Shown one piece after another: positions 12,058-64,000 of a stretch of 64,000 bases of DNA (its first letter is position 1; the number at the start of each line of letters is the position of its first letter). Both the position numbers and the translations under genes were made by a program. Under the pieces are notes generated by a model. It worked only from the letters and a program-made list of their open reading frames with translations, was not told where the DNA came from and did not search any database. This stretch comes from Ascidiella aspersa (lineage: Eukaryota), in contig OZ004607.1 of the NCBI GenBank assembly GCA_963924565.1, forward strand, positions 29,574,001 through 29,638,000. Direction: 5' to 3'.

Positions 12058-13234
12058 AACAGGATGGCAGTCATGGGCCACCATATAGGTGTGTTCACAG
12101 CGCGGTAATTCTAAAATAGCAAAAGTGTTAAATAGCAATTTTCAGACTGTCAACGTCGTTATTCGAGCAGTATACGAACATTTATGTGGCTGAAGCACCA
12201 TCTTTACAATCAAAAGTTTGCAAATTTAAACCAAATAAACGCATTTTTTCGCACGTCGTCCAATTGAATTAAGTTCAGCTACATACTTGGACACAAGTTT
12301 GTTCAAGAACAACAATTTTCAAATGAATTGTTATATGACTATACAAGTTACAATAAAACTTTGATACGCCACGCTAAAAAAAAAAAAATTTACGTTTTTT
12401 GTTTGTTGTCACACAATTTAAAAAAATGTGCACCCTGGTATACGTGGACGATACAAGGGATTTTGTGGAATTATGGATTAAATTAAACAATTATCAGATC
12501 TGTGGAAATTTAGGCTTTGTTAATATTTTTAACATAGACTATTTTATAGTTGGTTATATGGTGTCGTTTTGGCTCGAGCTATTAAAATATGAATTGAAGG
12601 TATTTATATATAAATATGTAGGTGGGTATGAATTCGTAGGGAACCTAATGATTTTCCACAGCAAGGCGCAAATCGCTGTTATTTGTATTTATGGGTATCG
12701 CAGCATTAGTAGCCGATTAGTGGTACAAAAAGCGTGTATGGACTTCGGGCAATCCATATGAGCCGTTGGCCAGGTTTCCCAATTACTTGCTTGATGGCGA
12801 CGCTTTGTAACATTTAGAAATTTGTTCTTGACAAGTACACCTATCGCAACACTTATTTAAACTAACAAAGTTCCGCTGTATTAGAGCACTGTTAAATCAA
12901 TAAAACAGTGGACAGTTAGTTAAACGCTATGAAATGACTTGAAATGCGTAACGCAAAGTAATAAGAGCCTCAGTTATATTTCGCAAAGACAAGGAACTAT
13001 GTATGTTTTAGTGAATGAACTCGTGTAAGTTCAAAAAACTGATGGTAACTTTTATTTGTTTAGATAGTTTGTTCTAATTAACCAAACAAACACATGAGGT
13101 AACACGATAGTAATTAAAAGCACAGTAATCAAAACTTCAAGCATCTTCGGCCAAGTCATCCATTCGATTTATTAGTACAGAGCCGTCTTACCATAAAGTT
13201 TCTAAACGTCGGTATTTTTAGAAACGGTTGTTAC

Positions 13235-13600
13235 CAGTTGCGCAGCCAGCCAAAAGATTTTTTTTTGGGGGGGGGCAAAAAGTTTGAACTTTTTTCTATA
13301 GCGTTCGCTGTTGTATGAACTGCCGTAACGAGCACAAATAAATATGCTAGCAAATATAGCAAACGTAATGTTAAGTACATCGTTTGTGATGTAACAGTGC
13401 ATGATAATGGAAGGTGTGCCATGCCTGTGATGACTGTTGTGGTACTGCTCATAAATGCTACAAAACAAATTATTAAGAGCACACAAATGATTATTATTTC
13501 ATTGTTAGGTTTAAAACTCAAATTTTTGGAGTATAACGTCTTAAAGTTGGTGATAAAAAAGAAGCTAACAATAACATATGTTTCAGTCGTCAGGCATAAA
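13235..13600 (+). mobile_element. Truncated copy of the CAGTGGCGTAGC-type non-autonomous DNA element (same family as 47359-47763), just 3' of ABCC copy A
   Basis: Shares GGGGGCAAAAAGTT, AACTGCCGTAACGA.CACAA, TACATCGTTTGTGA.GTAACA.TGCATGA and CATGCCTGTGAT..GTTGTGGTACTGCT with 47359-47763. The right end is not recognisable. Confidence 0.65.
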
Positions 13601-13662
13601 GGCTGAGTTAACGCCACTTGTCACATCACTGGATGGATTTTTCTGTTGTACTTCAGTCAAGT

Positions 13663-29083
<15,421 letters not shown>

Positions 29084-30231
29084 TTTTGTGTTTCAGCAAA
29101 CAACGATACTTTTAAGGCTTGCTGGTAAATAACTTATTCGTTAAAATTATCGGACTATCAAGCTAAATAAACGAGCTCTAAAACGTTCGTGAAAATACTG
29201 CCATTTTATGTAAAATGCAAACCTAACAAAAACAGTATCTTTCTCGTTTGCCGTACGACAATGTACTTTCGAAGCTGCATTTTCGTAATGTAAACAGAAA
29301 GCATTTAGCAGAAGGTACCAGTTGAAACAATAAACTGCGCACACATTTTTTTAATTTAAATTCTGTCAGTTGTATACGTTTCAAGTTCTATTTACGTCCA
29401 ATGAGATCATCGAATCATTACTGTACGTCCGCTTCGTTAAGTCATGAAACTAATCATATTGACCTGATTGACTGATTGTATTGTCCAGCGTTAGAATAGT
29501 TGCCATTATTTTCATTCTTTTTTCACGGCCCTACAAATATAACGCGTGGGCCATGCATTGGCAACGCAGTGCTCTTCATTGAACTTTTTTTTTAAGCGAA
29601 CAAGCATAAATTAAAAGTAAATGTAATCAATATGGACCATGTTTGCGCATCATCTCAAATAAAACTATTCATTTAAAACTACTGCAGTCGGAGGCACGAT
29701 TTTGGGTCATGGGTTCAAAAACACACCTCTCGTAGTATATGAAACGAACAGCAAGTAAGCAAATCTACAACGTCTTCTGGCCTTTTAACAAAGCTTTAGA
29801 ATTTTTTTTTTTTTAATTTCGTCTTACCGCGTCAACCGAACATCGTCACATCCGTCAATAACTAATGATGATTTTGTAGTGATTTAATTAGTAAAAAACG
29901 CTTTAAAGGAAGTGTTCCATTAAAACCGAGGATGTGTACTCCCGGCGCCAACTTCCTCTGTTTTGTAAAGCTAATGCCGTAATTTATTTAAAAAAATATT
30001 AACCACCGAAAGGCACTGAAACAATGTGGTTAAAAACAATTCACCATTAGTTTTTAACAAAGTATTGCAGACGTTTGTTTTACCATTTGAAATTCTACTT
30101 TTTCGTTAGTAAATAAACAGTAATTATTTAAATCATGGAAATTTATTGTACTTTAGAATAAAAACAACATGGCGATTTGACAAGTCATGATAAAACACGC
30201 GAAACGAAATTTACCATTCTATTGCCAAGCG

Positions 30232-30699
30232 CAGTGGTCGGCAAACTGTGGGCCGCGGCCCAAATGTGGGCCGCAGAACCATTTTTAGTGGGCCGCAAGT
30301 TACTTTTGCTTAGTTGAGTGTTATCATATAGTCGTGGACCGCGTAATTGCCGTACATTCAATGCACTTTATTTTAAAAGCTCGTGTGGTTTAGAATTTGT
30401 TGTTGTCTCAGCGTGTTTCGGACCGACGTGTCAAATGTGGTCCTGAGAGCCTGTTGAACTATATTGTTTGGCCAATTTTAACCACGTAAACGCAAAATTT
30501 TCCGCGCTTCTCAGGTATCTTCTTTGTTTTATAGTATGTTCTACATTATGGCGTGGAAGTGTTTTGAGCATCAAGACACCGTGTAATATTTCACCTTAAA
30601 AACAAACATCCCTAATCCGCGAGTGGCTTTACGTAGTGGGCCTTCAATAGCTCTGAAAAGAGACTTTGGGCCGCGACAAAAAAAGTTTGCCGACCGCTG
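30232..30699. mobile_element. hAT MITE between ABCC copies B and A
   Basis: TIRs CAGTGGTCGGCAAAC / GTTTGCCGACCGCTG; degenerate 8-bp TSD GCCAAGCG/GCCTAGTG; GGGCCGC subterminal repeats. Confidence 0.85.
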
Positions 30700-31104
30700 G
30701 CCTAGTGCATGCAATTAAATAAATTCTGACATTTTAAAGAGCATCGTTTTGGGTGGTTAATGCAAATTAAATGTTCGAATAAATACTAAGCAATATGTGA
30801 TTCAAAGAAAATAGCTTGAGGTATACGCAATCTCCCATGGGGTTCGGAAAACTTACAAGTTCTAATTTAGTGAATATATAGTTAAAATTGTTACGCCAGA
30901 GCATTGTGTATATTTTACAGCGCTAACATCATCATAATATAAAACCGATAAAATAACAAACAAGATTTCGACAGGTTTAAACAAAACTTGTCTCAACAAA
31001 AAAATTGCCCCAAAATATTTATTTTTTTAACGTAAACAAGAGGTAGCTGGATTTGATTTACACTAGTAGAAGCCCATAGTCAACCAAAGATTCTTCTGGA
31101 TCTT

Positions 31105-43677
<12,573 letters not shown>

Positions 43678-45972
43678 TTTCCAGCTTTAAGTTGGACAGT
43701 GCTTTCCGCTGGTATTGTTAGTCAACTATTATTTTCGTAATGTACTATAATACATGTTAACTGAATATACCAACCCTGAAGCGTAAAGATGAATAGCTTC
43801 ATTTTAAGTTAAATTTTAAATCAACACAAATGGTTTAGCTGTCGCGTTCGTCTTCCGCCGTTCTTCCGAAAGCCTTATTGTCGAAAATGGCAGCTTTAAA
43901 GAAAGCACCACTGGTGTAGCAGCGTGTGCAATGTGCATGCGAGCCTGTCGTTAGGCTGCGTTAGCTGTAACCAGAAGTTGCGTGTACTTTCCAATTCCAT
44001 TCGGTTTGCATAATTACAAAGGTTATCAGCTCTATTGATACATAAATGCCCTGCAAGTCATTACGTAACTTGCCAAAGCCGAAATAAAAACTGCGCCAGT
44101 GTTACCCTTTTTGATACGCAGGCACAATGACACATTTCATCCAATTCAGCCGATCCACATAAACGTTAAGAAATACTTTTGATAACTTCTGGTCATGATA
44201 TATAACTGTTTGTGTTGTTGGTATTTGTCCACGCCATTGGTTACTATATTCGTCCAAACCAGTTTGTCTGCGTCACACGTTGTGTAACAACCGACGCAAA
44301 TTCACAGCATAATTTTCTGAGAAAAACGCCGGAAAGAAATTTAAAATGAACGAAGCGACTGCGGTAAAAACGACACGTCTGAGACGAAGCGGTGTGCATG
44401 TCAATGTTCGTGGGAAAGTAGGCCTACGAAACTAAAAGTCCCAACCAAAAGGCCTTCGAAATATGTCGAAGTACTGGCTTACCTTACAAATCAAAAGTGT
44501 AACTAGTCTGCTTATGCAAATAGCTCAACGATTTGTAATTGTCTCCTAATCGGTTGCCAACAAGCAGTGAGAGTACTACTCGAACAAATTTTACAGTCTG
44601 CCTTCTAAAGCCCATAAACCCTGCAGCCTCTGGCTATGGCAGTATGTTGTAATCTAGTAAGAAGCTCACGCTCGACCTGTTACGTTCGAAGGTTGTCGCG
44701 GTTTGCTGTACACTGAGAGAGCTGTTGCACAATCAAAATCGCGAATTCTGGTTTCCCCAGATTATCTGTACAAATATGCACGGTGCATGATTAGGGTGCG
44801 TAGGAAATCTACATTTTAGTTGAAATATGCAGGCAGGTGTCGTTGCCACATTTCTAATCGTGGTTTAGTGGACACCCTTTTGCATGAAACTCACCACGAA
44901 AAGGTTAGCGTACGAACTGTTCTTTGCCGTTCTACAGTGTTTCTGCCCACAACCTTTTTCAAAGTTTTTGTTTTCTTCTGTGCCACTAATACTGAATGCT
45001 TGATCGAGCAACTATTCCGCGATGGCCGGTTTGCGGGTTTGAAAGAATTTCCTAATGCCTTGAGGGCATTTATTCACCGATGCTCCGCCAACAAAGCAAA
45101 ACATTTGCCCGTAAAAATAAATCGCAGCACCACGGGCGCCGAACATCTGGCATAATAGCCAGTAACCACCCTAGATCAGCCAATAATGATTTTATAAAAA
45201 ATGCGATTTGTAAAATACCTCTAACTGTGAACCTAAAACAGAGAAACGTGATTCATCTCACTAATAGAATACCTTAATGTATTTCGCTACTAAATATCCA
45301 ATACACCTATAAATATCGTTGAAAATACTTACAATGATGTTTCTAATGATTTAACAGTTTGATATGTAGATTTAAAAAAATTATATTTTGTTGCAGAACT
45401 AATCTAAAAATTTAGGAACCTTTTATCGCTTAGTGTCAAAAATAATTGCATGTATCATCAAAATTTAGTATTTTGCGCTTCGAATTAAAACAACATGATG
45501 AATAGGCAAATAGCTACAAAATATACGAAATTGTATTTACTAGTCATAAAGCCAATGGATATAAAATATAATTTAATTAATAAAAATCCATATGGTTGGC
45601 AAAACTAATCTCACAACAGAAATAAAGCAGAAAAATTACATGAGGCAGATTGTTGAATAAAGATGCAATTTTCTAGGGGGTTAAGCAAAGGCAATTCGCA
45701 AAAATATAATGTGTAACTTATTTAAACAATCGACCAGACTTGAATTTGCGAGGCACATTGTTACGCCCGCATGGTTTTAAAGTAACAAATACAGTATTTA
45801 AGATTAAACCGGCTTTAACCATAGAAATAAATTTGCCTCTATAAAACATGGCCGTGTGAAAATAGAACTAAAGATTCGCAGGCTTATATTTGCCATTTGA
45901 TATACTGAAACTCCACAATGTAACTAGAAAGACACCGTTCGTCGATTTCGTGATTAGAGTTTGTAATTGATG

Positions 45973-63257
<17,285 letters not shown>

Positions 63258-64000
63258 CTACATTTTAGCGTAGGCTATAAATCCTAAATGACTACCAGTT
63301 AAAGTATAAGGTAATGGCAAAGGGCGGCACGGTTAGGCTAATAATAAAACCTGTCAACTATTCTTCCTTTTTAAATAAACAAAAACGGAGGATGTACCAA
63401 TATATTAAAATCTATTAAAAAGCGCAGAACAAAGGACTCATGATGTATGTTAGGGCATTTTAACGAGCACGAGAAGGGGGTACGTGGACTGGTTTGTGGG
63501 GGTCAATGAATTAAGGGCCCAATTAAAATCTTAGTGCAGTGGTTGGTAACTTTTTTTTCGCTGCCCAAAGTAGGCAACTATTTGTCGAGCTATGGAAGGC
63601 CCACTACGTAAAACTACCACGAAGGAGGCATTAGAATGACGTTAAAAAGCTACGTTATACTACAATTGTTCTTAGAAATACCTGTTTTTCTCGAACGAAC
63701 TCGTGCGCAAATATGAACCTAAAATCCAGCTTAGTTGCGCGTATAGCGAAAAAAAATTAGTTACCTCATAGTTATCAGTCACACGACGCAAGAAATCATA
63801 AAATATCGATTTTGGGCTGAATAGATTTAGGTATAAACCTTATAAAAGTACATAAAAATCCCTACATTTGATTAAAAAATTTTACAAATATGGTTTGACA
63901 GCAGGCACTCTCAGGGCCATGTTTGGCACACTGGCCTGACGCACGCTGAGACAATCTAAATATGTTTAGCCACATTTTGAAATACAGTCTAATCTCTAAT

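Larger units (their letters stand above)
10523..12085. mobile_element. Non-autonomous foldback (near-total palindrome) DNA transposon, IS3EU-like termini, 6-bp TSD
   Basis: TSD TAGGTG at 10517-10522 and 12086-12091. Termini TATGGTGGCCCATGACTGCCATCCTGTT / AACAGGATGGCAGTCATGGGCCACCATA. Arms 10766-11291 and 11321-11808 are reverse complements around a 29-nt spacer (11292-11320). N gaps 10585-10765 and 11809-12057 lie in symmetric positions. Confidence 0.8.
9595..12127 (+). mobile_element. Internally deleted piggyBac-type DNA transposon (TTAA TSD), interrupted near its right end by a foldback element
   Basis: TTAA at 9591-9594 and 12128-12131. Left end CACTATAATTACCG, right end CGGTAATTCTA...AGTG. 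Subterminal motif CGGTCATTTTGACCG at 9612, 9790 and 10489. Decayed Cys-rich transposase C-terminus at ~9975-10123. Confidence 0.8.

Noticed and set aside
10516-12138. ORFs spanning N runs in the palindrome
   Set aside because: Artefacts of translating assembly gaps; no transposase-like sequence in the arms.
45868-45972. 34-codon open frame after the copy C stop, ending KPANL (PTS1-like; stop read-through?)
   Set aside because: TAA is a poor read-through codon, the extension is not shared by copies A or B, and PTS1 is implausible for a polytopic membrane protein. Likely chance.

Overview
AT-rich eukaryotic (invertebrate-like, possibly tunicate; not provable from sequence alone) genomic window with spliceosomal introns. 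All four protein genes are on the minus strand. They are an 11-exon SLC17 (sialin/NPT-like) anion transporter (596-6376) and a tandem array of three short-type ABCC5/11/12-like (MRP5-like) ABC exporters: copy A 13663-29083, copy B 31105-43677, and copy C 45973->63257 with exon 1 outside the window. The NBD exons of the three ABCC copies are nearly identical at the nucleotide level, while introns, TMD exons and C-terminal tails have diverged, suggesting exon-limited gene conversion. Introns and intergenic DNA hold many non-autonomous mobile elements with clear TIRs and TSDs. These include a deleted piggyBac whose right end carries a ~1.56-kb almost fully palindromic foldback element (6-bp TSD, TAT...ATA termini, IS3EU-like), a solo LTR nested in a hAT MITE, nested hAT MITEs, and two degenerate copies of a Penelope-type hammerhead-ribozyme motif. 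No rRNA, tRNA or CRISPR array was seen. Exon boundaries were derived by hand from GT/GC-AG sites and reading-frame continuity.
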